From an uncultured Chloroflexia bacterium (GTDB lineage: Bacteria; Chloroflexota; Limnocylindria; Limnocylindrales; CSP1-4): a stretch of DNA of 64,000 nt. This document shows, piece after piece, positions 41,273 to 62,469 of the stretch. Both the position numbers and the translations under genes were made by a program. The notes beneath the pieces are model-generated. The model worked only from the letters and a program-made list of their open reading frames with translations. It had not been told where the DNA came from and made no database searches. The first letter of the stretch is position 1, and each line of letters starts with the position of its first letter. The stretch is from the NCBI GenBank assembly GCA_963804575.1, contig CAWDQY010000007.1:144411-208410 (forward strand), given 5' to 3'.

Positions 41273-41557
41273 CTACTTCAGCGATGTCGACCGCTCGGTG
41301 TGACGCCCGTGACCGCGGTAGTTGCGGGTGGGGGCGAACTCACCGAGCCGGTGGCCGACCATGTTTTCGGAGATGAACACCGGGATGTGCTTCTTGCCGT
41401 TGTAGACGGCGACGGTGTGGCCGATGAAGTCGGGGAAGATGACGCTGGCACGCGACCAGGTCTTCAGCACCTGCTTCTCGTTCTTGCTGTTCATCGTCTG
41501 CACACGGGCCAGGAGCCGCTGCTCGACGTACGGTCCCTTCTTGAGGGATCGCGACAT
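41273..41557 (-). CDS. rpsS: 30S ribosomal protein S19
   Basis: '[16 protein letters not shown]...[15 protein letters not shown]'. Confidence 0.95.
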   Translation of the reverse strand: MSRSLKKGPYVEQRLLARVQTMNSKNEKQVLKTWSRASVIFPDFIGHTVAVYNGKKHIPVFISENMVGHRLGEFAPTRNYRGHGRHTERSTSLK

Positions 41558-41572
41558 GACGCTCCTCCTTGC

Positions 41573-42401
41573 CTACTTGCGGTGCCGGGAGGTCGCGATG
41601 AGCCTCCCGCTGTTCTTGTTGCGTCGGGTGCGGTGGCCCATGGCGGGCTGGCCCCAGGGGGTCTTGGGCGGCATGCCCGTGGGCGACTTGCCCTCACCAC
41701 CACCATGGGGATGGTCCCGCGGGTTCATCACCACGCCACGCACCTCGGGGCGCTTGCCGATGTGACGGGCACGACCGGCCTTGCCCAGGCTCTGGTTCTC
41801 ATGATCGATGTTGCCCACCTGGCCGACCGTGGCCATGCAGCGCAGGTCGACGCGACGGACCTCGCCCGAGGGTAGGCGCACGAGGGCGTAGGCACCCTCC
41901 TTGGCCATCAGCTGGGCAGACGCACCGGCGGAGCGGACGATCTGGCCGCCCTTGCCCGGGGTGAGCTCGATGTTGTGGAGCTGGGTGCCCGAGCGGGATG
42001 GCCTGCAGCGGCAGGGCGTTGCCCACGCGTGCCTCGGCCTTGGCGCCGGCGATGACGGCGTCACCCACCTGCAGGCCGTTGGGCACGAGGATGTAGCGCT
42101 TCTCGCCGTCGGCGTAGTGCAGCAGGCCGATGCGGGCCGAGCGGTTGGGGTCGTACTCGATGGTGGCGAGCTTGGCGGGCACGTCCCACTTGTCGCGCCG
42201 GAAGTCGATGCGCCGGTAGTTGCGCTTGGCGCCGCCACCGCGGTGACGCACGGTCAGGCGACCCTGCGAGTTGCGGCCAGAGCCGCGCTTCTTGGCTTCG
42301 ACGAGCGGCTTGTGCGGGGTGTCGGTGGTGATCTCCTCGAAGGTCGACCGCGTCATGAAGCGGCGGCCCGGGGAGGTCGGCTTGTAGCCTCGGATCGGCA
42401 T
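41573..42401 (-). CDS. rplB: 50S ribosomal protein L2, frame interrupted near 41988 (extra g in a ctcggg run)
   Basis: The N-terminal frame runs '[14 protein letters not shown]...[12 protein letters not shown]'. The C-terminal frame runs '[21 protein letters not shown]...[10 protein letters not shown]'. Removing one G from 'ctcggg' restores 'IPLGTQLHN'. Confidence 0.9.
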
Positions 42402-42404
42402 CGT

Positions 42405-42707
42405 CTAGACCCCTTCGAAGAATTCGATCGAGTCGCCGGACTTGACGGTCACGACGGCCTTCTTCCAGGGGGTGGTGTAGCCGACCTGGCGCCCGCGACG
42501 GCGATTGCGGGACTTCTCCTTGCGCTTCGAGGTGAGCACGTTGACGTCGAGCACGGTGACCTTGAAGAGCTCCTCCACGGCTGCCTTGATCTGCAGCTTG
42601 TTGGCCTGGTCGGCGACCGCGAAGGTGTACTTGCTGATGGTGGTCTGGTCCATCGACTTCTCGCTGATGACCGGTCGGAGGATGATCTGCGTGGCGGCAA
42701 GGGTCAT
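42405..42707 (-). CDS. rplW: 50S ribosomal protein L23
   Basis: 'ILRPVISEKSMDQTTISKYTFAV'. Confidence 0.9.
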   Translation of the reverse strand: MTLAATQIILRPVISEKSMDQTTISKYTFAVADQANKLQIKAAVEELFKVTVLDVNVLTSKRKEKSRNRRRGRQVGYTTPWKKAVVTVKSGDSIEFFEGV

Positions 42708-43336
42708 GCGTACACCTCCGACATGGTCGGGATCGACGGCTTGGTGATGACGATGGCGTCAGCATCAAGGACATCGACGATGTTCAGCGAGTCGGCACGG
42801 ATGACGACCAGGTTGGGCACGTTGCGAGCCGACAGCTCCAGCGCCTCGTTCTTGCCGTCCTCGACCACCAGCACCTTGCCCGCCGCTTCGAGCGACGAGA
42901 GATGGCTCAGCAGCTGCTTGGTCTTGATCTCGTCGAGGGCGAGGTCGTTGACGATCTTGATGACGCCGTCATCGAACTTGCTGGTGAGCGCACCCACCAG
43001 CGCCAGCCGGCGCATGCGCTTGGGCAGGCGCTTGTCGTACTTGCGCGGGCTGGGGCCGAAGACGACGCCACCGCCCGCATAGTGGGGCGCTGAGCGTGTG
43101 CCCTGGCGCGCGCGGCCGGTGCCCTTCTGGCGATAGGGCTTGCGACCGCCACCGCGCACCTCGGCGCGAGTCTTGGTCTTGGCCGTGCCGGTGCGACGGC
43201 CGGCCAGCTGCGCCACCACGGCCTGGTGCATGACCGCCGTGTTGACCGGCGCGGCGAACAGCGCGTCGGGAAGGTCGATGGTGCCGGTCTCGGCGCCGGA
43301 CTTGTCGAAGAGTGGTGTCGTTGGCATCGGCCTCAA
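42704..43336 (-). CDS. rplD: 50S ribosomal protein L4
   Basis: 'RTGTAKTKTRAEVRGGGRKPYRQKGTGRARQG'. Confidence 0.95.
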   Translation of the reverse strand: MRPMPTTPLFDKSGAETGTIDLPDALFAAPVNTAVMHQAVVAQLAGRRTGTAKTKTRAEVRGGGRKPYRQKGTGRARQGTRSAPHYAGGGVVFGPSPRKYDKRLPKRMRRLALVGALTSKFDDGVIKIVNDLALDEIKTKQLLSHLSSLEAAGKVLVVEDGKNEALELSARNVPNLVVIRADSLNIVDVLDADAIVITKPSIPTMSEVYA

Positions 43337-43941
43337 GCCTTCCTGACCACGACGAGCGCGTTGCGCGGTCCGGGGACCGGGCCCTTGACGAGCAGCAGGT
43401 TGCGCTCGCTGTCGGTGCGCAGGATGGTGGCGTTCTTGACGGTCACCCGCTCATGGCCCATGTGGCCCGCCATGGGCGTGCCGCGGAAGACCTTGCCCGG
43501 GTACGTGCCGCCACCGATCGAGCCGGGGGCTCGGTGGGAGTCGGAGCCGTGTGTCTCCGGTCCGCGGCGGAAGTGGTGGCGCTTGATGGTGCCGGCGAAA
43601 CCCTTGCCCTTGGAGGTACCGGTGATGCTGACCGCCTCACCGTCCTCGAAGATGCCCACGTCGAGGGTCTGGCCGATGCTGTACTCGGCCACGTCGTCGA
43701 CGCGGAACTCGCGCACGTCGCGCACTCGAGGCAGGCCCTTGAGCTGGCCGGCCCTGGGCTTGCTGGTATGGCGGGCCGTACCGGCGCCGACCTGCACGGC
43801 GGTATAGCCGTCCCGGTCGAGCGTACGCAGCTCGGTCACCGTGTTGGGTTCGACGGCCACGACGGAAACCGGCACCATCGTGCCGTCCTCCGCGAAGACC
43901 TGTGTCATTCCGACCTTGCGGCCGATCACGCCGATTGACAT
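43333..43941 (-). CDS. rplC: 50S ribosomal protein L3
   Basis: '[23 protein letters not shown]'. Confidence 0.95.
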   Translation of the reverse strand: MSIGVIGRKVGMTQVFAEDGTMVPVSVVAVEPNTVTELRTLDRDGYTAVQVGAGTARHTSKPRAGQLKGLPRVRDVREFRVDDVAEYSIGQTLDVGIFEDGEAVSITGTSKGKGFAGTIKRHHFRRGPETHGSDSHRAPGSIGGGTYPGKVFRGTPMAGHMGHERVTVKNATILRTDSERNLLLVKGPVPGPRNALVVVRKA

Positions 43942-44251
43942 CTACATCCTGATCTCGATGTCGACGCCCGCGGCAAGCGAGAGCCGCATCAGGGCATCAA
44001 CGGTCTTGGACGAGGGGTCCAGGATGTCGATGAGCCGCTTGTGGGTGCGGATCTCGAACTGCTCCCGGCTGTCCTTGTCGATGAACGGGGACCGCAGGAC
44101 CGTGAACTTCTCGATCCGGGTCGGCAACGGTACCGGGCCGACGACCTCGGCCCCGGTACGCTGGGCCGTCTCCACGATCTGGAGCGCGGACTGGTCCAGC
44201 AGAGCGGTGATCGTATGCCTTGAGGCGGATCCGGATCCGCTGCCGTGCCAC
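43942..44251 (-). CDS. rpsJ: 30S ribosomal protein S10, frame interrupted near 44205
   Basis: '[16 protein letters not shown]' (GTG start at 44251) is in one frame. '[28 protein letters not shown]...HKRLIDI' is in the next frame. An extra t after 'gatcaccgc' explains the shift. Confidence 0.9.
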
Positions 44252-44254
44252 CGG

Positions 44255-45451
<1,197 letters not shown>

Positions 45452-45528
45452 TGCCGTCGTCCTCTACTACGTCCTTGAGTTGCTGTTTCTGGATGGGTCG
45501 CTGTGTCTCTGTCTGTGGCTTGCCGTGG

Positions 45529-47601
45529 CTACACCGCGGCCTTCTGGACCAGCTCGGCCGCGACGGCCTTGGGGACCTCGGCGTAGTGCGAGAACTCCAT
45601 CGAGGAGGTCGCGCGCCCCTGGGTCATGCTGCGCAGGTCGGTCACGTAGCCGAACATGGAAGCCAGCGGCACGAACGCGCTGACCACCTGGGTGCCGTTG
45701 CGGTTGTCCATCCCCTCGATGTGGCCGCGGCGGCTGTTGAGGTCGCCGATGACGTCGCCCATGAACTCCTCGGGCATGACGACCTCGACGCGCATGATGG
45801 GCTCCAGGATGGCCGGGTCCGCCTTCTGGACGGCGAGCTTGGTGGCCATGGAGCCGGCGATCTTGAAGGCCATCTCCGAGGAGTCCACCTCGTGGAACGA
45901 GCCGTCGAAGAGGGTGGCCTTGACGTCCACCATGGGGTAGCCGGCGTAGACGCCCGTCTCCAGCGCCTCGCGGATGCCCGCGTCCACGGACTTGATGTAC
46001 TCGCGCGGGATGACCCCGCCGACGATCTTGTCCACGAACTCGTAGCCGCTGCCCTTCTCGCCTGGCTCCAGCTTGATGATGGCGTGGCCGTACTGGCCAC
46101 GGCCGCCGGTCTGGCGCACGAAGCGTCCGTTGCCCTCCGCCACGCGGCGGATGGTCTCGCGGTAGGACACCTGCGGCTTGCCCACGTTGGCCGCGACCCT
46201 GAACTCGCGGACCATGCGGTCGACGAGCACGTCGAGGTGCAGCTCGCCCATGCCCGCGATGAGGGTCTGGCCCAATTCCTCGTCGGTGTGGACGCGGAAG
46301 GTGGGGTCCTCCTCGGCGAGCCGTTGCAGGGCCACCGCCAGCTTGTCCTGGTCAGCCTTGGTCCTGGGCTCGATGGCGACTTCGATGACGGGCTCCGGGA
46401 AGACCATCGACTCGAGGATGACGGGGTGGTCAGGGTCGGTCAGGGTATCGCCGGTGTAGGTGTCCTTGAGCCCGACGGCCGCGGCGATGTCACCGGCGCT
46501 CACCTCGGCGATGTCCTCGCGCGAGTTGGCGTGGAGCTCGACGATGCGACCGATGCGCTCCTTCTTGCCCTTGCTGGCGTTGTAGACGTACGAGCCGGTC
46601 TTGAGCTTGCCGCTGTAGACACGGAAGAAGGCCAGCTTGCCCACGAAGGGATCGGCCGCGATCTTGAAGGCCAGGGCCGCGAAGGGCTCCTTGTCATCCA
46701 CCACGCGCACGACCTCGTTGCCCTGGGGGTCGATGCCGGTGATGGGGGGCACGTCCAGCGGCGAGGGCAGGAAGTGCACCACGGCGTCGAGCATCGGCTG
46801 GATGCCCTTGTTCTTGAGGGCCGTGCCGGTGAGCACGGGCACGACGCGGTTCTGCAGCGTGCCCAGGCGCAGGCCGTGACGGATCTCCTCGGGCGTGAGT
46901 TCCTCGCCCTCGAGGAACTTCGTGGTCAGCTCGTCGTCGAGGTCGGCCACGGACTCGATCATGACCGCGCGCTGCTTCTCGGCTTCCGCCTGCATGTCCT
47001 CGGGGATGGGCACGATCTCGGGCTTGGTGCCGAGGTCATCGTGGTACACGATGGCGTGCATCTCGATGAGGTCGACCACGCCCTCGAACTTGTCCTCGCG
47101 ACCGATGGGGATCTGTACCGGCACGGCGTTGGCGCCGAGGCGCTCGCGGATGGACTCCACGCAGCGCCAGAAGTCGGCGCCGGTGCGATCGAGCTTGTTG
47201 ATGAAGCAGAAGCGGGGCACGCCGTAGCGATCCGCCTGCCGCCAGACCGTCTCCGACTGCGGCTCCACGCCGGCGACGCCGTCGAACACGACCACCGCGC
47301 CATCGAGCACGCGCAGGCTCCGCTCGACCTCGACGGTGAAGTCCACGTGTCCGGGCGTATCGATGATGTTGATGCGCGTGTTGTTCCAGAAGCAGGTCGT
47401 GGCCGCGGCCGTGATGGTGATGCCGCGCTCCTGTTCCTGGGGCATCCAGTCCATCGTGGCCGCGCCCTCGTGGACCTCGCCGAGCTTGTAGATCTTGTCC
47501 GTGTAGAACAGGATGCGTTCGGTCACGGTCGTCTTGCCGGCGTCGATATGCGCGATGATGCCGATGTTCCGCGTGCGTGCGAGCGGGAACTTCCTTGACA
47601 T
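45529..47601 (-). CDS. fusA: Elongation factor G
   Basis: 690 aa, '[22 protein letters not shown]'. Confidence 0.97.
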   Translation of the reverse strand: MSRKFPLARTRNIGIIAHIDAGKTTVTERILFYTDKIYKLGEVHEGAATMDWMPQEQERGITITAAATTCFWNNTRINIIDTPGHVDFTVEVERSLRVLDGAVVVFDGVAGVEPQSETVWRQADRYGVPRFCFINKLDRTGADFWRCVESIRERLGANAVPVQIPIGREDKFEGVVDLIEMHAIVYHDDLGTKPEIVPIPEDMQAEAEKQRAVMIESVADLDDELTTKFLEGEELTPEEIRHGLRLGTLQNRVVPVLTGTALKNKGIQPMLDAVVHFLPSPLDVPPITGIDPQGNEVVRVVDDKEPFAALAFKIAADPFVGKLAFFRVYSGKLKTGSYVYNASKGKKERIGRIVELHANSREDIAEVSAGDIAAAVGLKDTYTGDTLTDPDHPVILESMVFPEPVIEVAIEPRTKADQDKLAVALQRLAEEDPTFRVHTDEELGQTLIAGMGELHLDVLVDRMVREFRVAANVGKPQVSYRETIRRVAEGNGRFVRQTGGRGQYGHAIIKLEPGEKGSGYEFVDKIVGGVIPREYIKSVDAGIREALETGVYAGYPMVDVKATLFDGSFHEVDSSEMAFKIAGSMATKLAVQKADPAILEPIMRVEVVMPEEFMGDVIGDLNSRRGHIEGMDNRNGTQVVSAFVPLASMFGYVTDLRSMTQGRATSSMEFSHYAEVPKAVAAELVQKAAV

Positions 47602-47636
47602 CTAGCGGGGCCTCGTGGTGGGGACGATGACTGGGT

Positions 47637-48100
47637 CTACCAGCGGAAGTGACTGAACGCCCGGTTGGCGTCGGCCATCTTGTGGGTGTCTTCGCGACGC
47701 TTGACCGCGGCGCCCAGGCCGTTCATGGCGTCGACCAGCTCGAAGGCCAGCTTCTCGCTCATCGACTTGCCGTTGCGCCGGCGGGCCGCCTGCACCAGCC
47801 AGCGGACTCCCAGCGAGGTGCGGCGGTCGCCACGGATCTCGACGGGCACCTGGTAGGTGGCGCCACCGACACGGCGGGGCTTGACCTCGATGATGGGGGT
47901 GGCGTTGCGCAGGGCGAGGTCGAGGACCTCCAGGCCGGGACGGCCGGCCGAAGCCTCGGCACGGGCGAGCGCCTGGCGCAGGATCTTCTCGGCCAGGCCC
48001 TTCTTGCCGTCCGTCATCAGCTTCACCACGAAGCGATCGGTGGTGCGAGCCAGCGGCGGCGAGTACTTGAGCTTGCGGGGGATCTGTGCGCGTCGGGGCA

Positions 48101-48101
<1 letters not shown>
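47637..48101 (-). CDS. rpsG: 30S ribosomal protein S7
   Basis: 'MPRRAQIP...'. The ATG overlaps the rpsL TAA (TAATG). Confidence 0.9.
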
Positions 48102-48514
<413 letters not shown>

Positions 48515-48794
48515 GGAGCTGTCGTCTCCCCTATCGGTAGGCGTCGTGGTGACGCGCTTGGAGAGGCGTGCGGAGCGCACGCGTCCCTGTCTATCGTGTC
48601 TGAATGATGTGGCGGCTACCGGGGTCCCGGGGCACGGGCCCCATCGACGGGGCCCCCTCACGGGAGTGCCGCCCGGTGTGCGCATCGACCGCTGGCCGAC
48701 GCACACCAAACCGATGCGGCCAATTCAGCCGCGACCGCGAAGTCTAGCAGCGGGCCGCGAGGTCGTCAACGACGCCTGGGCGGCCCACCGCGCG

Positions 48795-53391
<4,597 letters not shown>

Positions 53392-53471
53392 TCAACCACA
53401 CCGTCGTCAGCGGTGCGGGATGCGCGGGTTGGACCGGAGCGGACTCCGGGTCGGTGGCCGCGACTGCTGGT

Positions 53472-56939
<3,468 letters not shown>

Positions 56940-57080
56940 GGGGCACTCCTGGCCTCAGGGAGAGGCTTTCAAGGCACGGGAATCCGACCACATGGGTCGT
57001 TGAAGGAAAAGGGGCCGCGCTCACCGACCGTGTATGGTATCGCGTCGTCCGCGGCCCGTCAACGGCGGGGAGGTCACGAA

Positions 57081-57105
57081 GAGGGAGGTCGAAGCGACCT
57101 CCCTC
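57081..57105 (-). terminator. rplL-rpoB intergenic attenuator hairpin (10-bp perfect stem gagggaggtc/gacctccctc, 5-nt loop)
   Basis: It lies 20-45 nt downstream of the rplL stop in the 185-nt rplL-rpoB spacer. This is the classic position of the partial terminator that sets the L10/L12 to RNAP ratio. Confidence 0.45.
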
Positions 57106-57124
57106 TTCCCTGAGCGGCGGTGCG

Positions 57125-57514
57125 CTACTTGATGTCGACCTTGGCGCCCTGCTCCTCGAGGGCGGCCTTGATCTTCTCCGCCTCGTCCTTGTCCACGCCT
57201 TCCTTGACCGCCTTGGGAGCGGCATCGACGAGGTCCTTGGCTTCCTTGAGGCCCAGGCCCGTCAGCTCTCGCACGACCTTGATGACGGGGATCTTGTTGG
57301 GGCCGACCTCGGACAGCACGACCTCGAACTCGGTCTGCTCTTCCTCGGCTTCGGCTGCGCCGGCATCCGCCGGGGTCGCCGCCATCGCGACCGCCGCGGG
57401 GGCAGCCGCGGTGACGCCGTAGCGCTCCTCGAAGGCCTTGATGAAGCCGGAGAGCTCAAGCACGGTCATGCCGTCGATGGCTTCGAGGATGTCTTCCTGT
57501 GTGAGTTTGGCCAT
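57125..57514 (-). CDS. rplL: 50S ribosomal protein L7/L12
   Basis: 129 aa with an Ala/Glu-rich flexible hinge. Confidence 0.95.
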   Translation of the reverse strand: MAKLTQEDILEAIDGMTVLELSGFIKAFEERYGVTAAAPAAVAMAATPADAGAAEAEEEQTEFEVVLSEVGPNKIPVIKVVRELTGLGLKEAKDLVDAAPKAVKEGVDKDEAEKIKAALEEQGAKVDIK

Positions 57515-57570
57515 TGGGGTGTCGTTCCTTCCGTATCGATCGTGTTGGTAGTGGTGTCGAGGGGTGCGTG

Positions 57571-58098
57571 CTAGCCGGCCTGGGCCGCTTCGCGTCGCTG
57601 CTGCAGCTGCGTCAGGCCGTAGCCCAGGTTTCGCAAGGGGGCGGCGAAGAGACCGGCCATCGTGCTCAGAGGCGCAGCCATGCCACCGGCCAGCTGGGCC
57701 AGCAGCACGTCGCGGCCGGGCAAGCGGGCAAGCGCCATGACGGCGGCGGCATCGAACGTCTGGCCGTTCATGGCAGCCCCGCGGATCTCCACCGAGAAAG
57801 GCTTGGTGGCATCCAGCAGGCCCTTCGCCAGCGAGGACTCGTCCTGGCCGCCGATGGCGATGGCGCTGGGGCCGGTGAGCAGCGGGATGAGCTCCGTGCG
57901 GCCGGCCTGTTCGGCCGCGATCCTCGCCAGTCGGTTCTTGATGACCCGGTACTGGATGTCCTTCGCGCGCAGCTCGCGGCGCACCCTGTGCAGATCAGCC
58001 ACCGACAGGCCCCGGTGATCGGAGACGATCGTCGTGGTCGCCTCCTTGAGGAGCTCGGTGAGCTCCGCCACGGTCGCCTGCTTGGCTTGTGTGGGCAT
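57571..58098 (-). CDS. rplJ: 50S ribosomal protein L10
   Basis: The ATG at 58098 is preceded by a strong SD 'GGAAAGGAGG'. '[43 protein letters not shown]'. The upstream in-frame extension in the ORF track is non-coding leader. Confidence 0.9.
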   Translation of the reverse strand: MPTQAKQATVAELTELLKEATTTIVSDHRGLSVADLHRVRRELRAKDIQYRVIKNRLARIAAEQAGRTELIPLLTGPSAIAIGGQDESSLAKGLLDATKPFSVEIRGAAMNGQTFDAAAVMALARLPGRDVLLAQLAGGMAAPLSTMAGLFAAPLRNLGYGLTQLQQRREAAQAG

Positions 58099-58411
58099 GT
58101 GACCTCCTTTCCCTGGGAGCGACGCGGATGCGACGATCCCCTGTGTGTCCCGCACAGGAGCATCGTTCGCTGCGACGCGCAGCTCCGGACGGAGGTCCGG
58201 TTCGACACCTGCCTTGGCGTGCCCGTCGTCGTCCCCGCACGAGGCGGTCCGTGCGACGATTTCGGTCCGGTCCGACGAGCCGATACGCTCGGCTCGCGGC
58301 GCGGAAGCCTCCTGGCTTCCCGGACGCATCGCTGTCTCTGGCGGAACTCTCTTCGTTTCGACGGGAAGCGCCCCGTCAACGCTGTGATGCGGGCCTGGCA
58401 GCCCGCGGCCC
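58099..58411 (-). promoter_or_regulatory. rplJ 5' leader region (candidate L10(L12)4 autoregulatory leader + promoter)
   Basis: A 313-nt non-coding spacer lies between the rplA stop and the rplJ start. L10-leader elements are known at this position in actinobacteria. The structure has not been folded here. Confidence 0.45.
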
Positions 58412-59116
58412 TCAGGCGGCGAGCGCCAGCAGGCCCGGGACGTCCACGCGGATGCCGGGGCCCATGGTGGACGCGACGGTGAGGCTCTTGAAGTACTGGC
58501 CCTTGACCTCCTTGGGTCGGGCGCGGTTGATGGCGTCGGTCAGGGCGGCGAGGTTGTCGAGCAGCTGGGCCGGCTCGAAGCCGGACTTGCCGAAGGCCAC
58601 GTGGATGATGCCGCCCTTGTCGACCTTGAACTCGATGCGGCCGCCCTTGAGCTCGTTGACGACCTGTTCGATGTCGAAGGTGACGGTGCCGGCCTTGGGA
58701 TTCGGCATCAGGCCACGACGGCCGAGGATGCGGCCGAGCTTGCCCACGCGGCCCATCATGTCGGGCGTGGCCACGGCCACGTCGAACTCCAGCCAGCCAC
58801 CCTCGATCTTCTCGGCGAGGTCATCCGCGCCCACCACGTCGGCGCCGGCGGCACTGGCCTCGGCCGCCTTGTCGCCCTGGGCGAAGACGGCGACCCGGAC
58901 GACCTTGCCGCTGCCGTGCGGCAGCGAGACGGTGCCGCGCACCATCTGCTCGGCATGCCGGGGGTCGACACCCAGGCGGATATGGGCCTCGACGGAGGAC
59001 TCGAACTTGGTGGTGGCGGTCTGCTTCAGCAGCGCCATCGCCTCCTCGGGCAGGTAGGTCCTGCCATCCTCGACGAGTGCGGCTGCTTCCTGGTATCGCT
59101 TTCCGTGTTTGCCCAT
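58412..59116 (-). CDS. rplA: 50S ribosomal protein L1
   Basis: The ATG at 59116 has a 'GAAAGGGA' SD. '[38 protein letters not shown]'. Confidence 0.9.
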   Translation of the reverse strand: MGKHGKRYQEAAALVEDGRTYLPEEAMALLKQTATTKFESSVEAHIRLGVDPRHAEQMVRGTVSLPHGSGKVVRVAVFAQGDKAAEASAAGADVVGADDLAEKIEGGWLEFDVAVATPDMMGRVGKLGRILGRRGLMPNPKAGTVTFDIEQVVNELKGGRIEFKVDKGGIIHVAFGKSGFEPAQLLDNLAALTDAINRARPKEVKGQYFKSLTVASTMGPGIRVDVPGLLALAA

Positions 59117-59248
59117 GTGGCGGATCCCTTTCACTGCGGCCGCGAGCGGCCTGCCCCTGGCGACGCGGGGTCGACGTGCCGGTGAGTGCGGCGCGCGGCC
59201 GCGCTCAGCTCCGTCCGGCCCGGCTGGCGGGCGGAGCCTGCGCTGGTG

Positions 59249-59677
59249 CTAGTCGACGATCTCGATGCCCATGGAGCGGGCGGTTCCGGCGATGACGCGC
59301 GCCGCCATCTCGGGATCGTGGGAGTTGAGGTCGGACTTCTTGATCTCGGCGATCTCGAGCAGCTGGGCTCGCGTGACGCTGCCAACGTAGGTTCCCCGGC
59401 CGGTCGCGCCGGAGCCGCGTTCGACACCGGCTGCCTTGCGCAGCAGGTCGGCTGCCGGTGGCGTCTTGAGGATGAAGGTGAAGCTGCGGTCCTCGAAGAT
59501 GGTGATCTGGGCAGGGATGATCTGTCCGCTCTGGGCAGCCGTGCGCTCGTTGTAGGTCTTGGTGAACTCGACGATGTTGATGCCATGGGGACCCAGCGCG
59601 GTGCCCACGGGCGGAGCCGGCGTGGCCTTTCCGGCGGGCAGCTGCAGGGTCAGGACGGTGCGGATCTTCTTGGCCAT
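59249..59677 (-). CDS. rplK: 50S ribosomal protein L11
   Basis: '[35 protein letters not shown]'. Confidence 0.95.
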   Translation of the reverse strand: MAKKIRTVLTLQLPAGKATPAPPVGTALGPHGINIVEFTKTYNERTAAQSGQIIPAQITIFEDRSFTFILKTPPAADLLRKAAGVERGSGATGRGTYVGSVTRAQLLEIAEIKKSDLNSHDPEMAARVIAGTARSMGIEIVD

Positions 59678-59725
59678 CGGTTCGTCTCGTTCTACCTCGT
59701 TGTCGTCAGGGTGCCGGTCGCGTGG

Positions 59726-60307
59726 CTAGAGCTTCTCGACCTGCAGGAAGTCCAGCTCGACGGGCGTCTCGCGCCCGAAGATGCTGACCAGGACCTTGAG
59801 CTTGTTGCGCTCGGGATTGACCTCGTCGACGGTGCCGATGAACTCGGCGAAGGGACCGTCGGTGACGCGCACGGACTGGCCCTTGGTGAAGGCGACGCGG
59901 TACTTGGGCGTCTCGACGCCCATCTGGCGCAGGATCTGCTTGACCTCGTGCTCCTCGAGGGGCACCGGCTCGTTGCGGGAGCCGGGGATGTTGCCGCCTC
60001 CGACGAAGCTGGTGACGCCGGGCGTGTTGCGCACCACGAACCACGATTCGGGGTCGAGGATCATCTCGACGAGCACGTAGCCGGGGAAGACCTTCTTCTG
60101 CACGGTGACACGCTGGCCGCCGCGGATCTCGATCTCATCCTCTTCGGGCACGAGGACCTGGTAGATCTTGTCTTCCATGCCCATCGTCTCGATGCGGTGC
60201 TCGAGGTTGGTCTTGACCTTCTTCTCGTAGCCCGAATAGGTGTGGATGACGTACCAACGCTTCTCCGGCTGCGCCGATTCGGTCAGGTGCTCCAGGAAGC
60301 TGGTCAT
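59726..60307 (-). CDS. nusG: Transcription termination/antitermination factor NusG
   Basis: NGN domain '[16 protein letters not shown]' plus a C-terminal KOW. Confidence 0.95.
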   Translation of the reverse strand: MTSFLEHLTESAQPEKRWYVIHTYSGYEKKVKTNLEHRIETMGMEDKIYQVLVPEEDEIEIRGGQRVTVQKKVFPGYVLVEMILDPESWFVVRNTPGVTSFVGGGNIPGSRNEPVPLEEHEVKQILRQMGVETPKYRVAFTKGQSVRVTDGPFAEFIGTVDEVNPERNKLKVLVSIFGRETPVELDFLQVEKL

Positions 60308-60498
60308 CTAGAAGATGTCCGTGATGAGGCGCAGGACGGTGGTCCAGACCAGTCGAAGAACGCGATGTAGACCCCGAAGATGCCGCTGATCACGAAGACC
60401 AGGACGGTCAGGTTGCGGACATGCTCCCGCGTGGGCCATGTCACCTTCTTCAGTTCTGACCAGGACTCGGTGAAGTATTGGCGGATCCGTCGGATCAC
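60304..60498 (-). CDS. secE: Preprotein translocase subunit SecE
   Basis: GTG start at 60498 (the longer ORF would run into tRNA-Trp). '[49 protein letters not shown]'. Confidence 0.85.
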   Translation of the reverse strand: MIRRIRQYFTESWSELKKVTWPTREHVRNLTVLVFVISGIFGVYIAFFDWSGPPSCASSRTSSR

Positions 60499-60537
60499 AG
60501 TTCTCTTCGGTGCCTCATCTGGGGCTGGTTGCGGGGG

Positions 60538-60614
60538 TGGCAGGCGCGGCGGGACTCGAACCCACAACCCCTGGTTTTGGAGACCAGTGCTCTGCCAAAT
60601 TGAGCTACGCGCCT
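60538..60614 (-). tRNA. tRNA-Trp (anticodon CCA), CCA end encoded
   Basis: Manual fold: acceptor AGGCGCG/CGCGCCT, D-arm GCTC...GAGC, anticodon loop CTCCAAA, T-arm GGTTCGAGTCC. Confidence 0.85.
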
Positions 60615-60631
60615 ACGTTCTTGCTTCGGCT

Positions 60632-60796
60632 CTACTTGCTCTCGCGGTGAAGTGTATGACTTCGACAGCGAGGGCAGTAGCGGCGAAGCTCGATGCGGCT
60701 GGGATCGTTCTTCTTGTTCTTCTCCGTCGTGTACGTGCGCTCCCGGCATTCGGTGCACGCGAGCGTGATGACGGGTCGATTTACGGCTTTTGCCAC
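60632..60796 (-). CDS. rpmG: 50S ribosomal protein L33 (zinc-ribbon C+ form, 54 aa)
   Basis: GTG start. '[54 protein letters not shown]'. It falls below the ORF-track size cutoff. Confidence 0.9.
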   Translation of the reverse strand: MAKAVNRPVITLACTECRERTYTTEKNKKNDPSRIELRRYCPRCRSHTLHRESK

Positions 60797-60802
60797 TTCA
60801 GT

Positions 60803-61999
<1,197 letters not shown>

Positions 62000-62064
62000 C
62001 CTGCTAATCCGCTTGGCCCCCGGACACGCGCACCGAGCTGGCGGGCGAGTCGGAGGTGATCAGA

Positions 62065-62139
<75 letters not shown>

Positions 62140-62182
62140 GCGCTGGGCGATTGTGGGCTCTGCAAGAGGACGCCGTTGGTGT

Positions 62183-62267
62183 TGGTGGGCAGGGAGGGAA
62201 TCGAACCCCCACAGTCGAAGACGGCTGATCTACAGTCAGCGGAGCTCACCACCTGCTCAACCTACCC
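62183..62267 (-). tRNA. tRNA-Tyr (anticodon GTA), long variable arm, CCA encoded
   Basis: Acceptor GGGTAGG/CCTGCCC, anticodon loop CTGTAGA, a roughly 14-nt variable arm. Confidence 0.8.
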
Positions 62268-62333
62268 ATGTTTCCGTGCGCCCCTCGAGACCGAAGCCCC
62301 TGTGGTGAGGGAGGACACAGCATCCTCTTCAAT

Positions 62334-62409
62334 TGGAGCCGACGACGGGACTCGAACCCGGAACCGGTGGTTTACAAAACCACTGCTCTACCAATTGAGC
62401 TACGTCGGC
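62334..62409 (-). tRNA. tRNA-Thr (anticodon TGT), CCA encoded
   Basis: Acceptor GCCGACG/CGTCGGC, anticodon loop TTTGTAA. Confidence 0.85.
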
Positions 62410-62469
62410 GGCGACGCCGAATGGTACCGCAGGAACGACAAGATCCGCAAGCGTCGGGCCTGTGCCCGG

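Noticed and set aside
41573-42401. Programmed ribosomal frameshifting or true pseudogenes as the explanation for the split rplB, rpoC, glmU, ispE, alr, rpsJ and rsmA genes
   Set aside because: Too many essential genes are affected and there is no shared slippery motif. In rplB a single-base change in a homopolymer restores the conserved sequence. Sequencing or assembly indels are far more likely.
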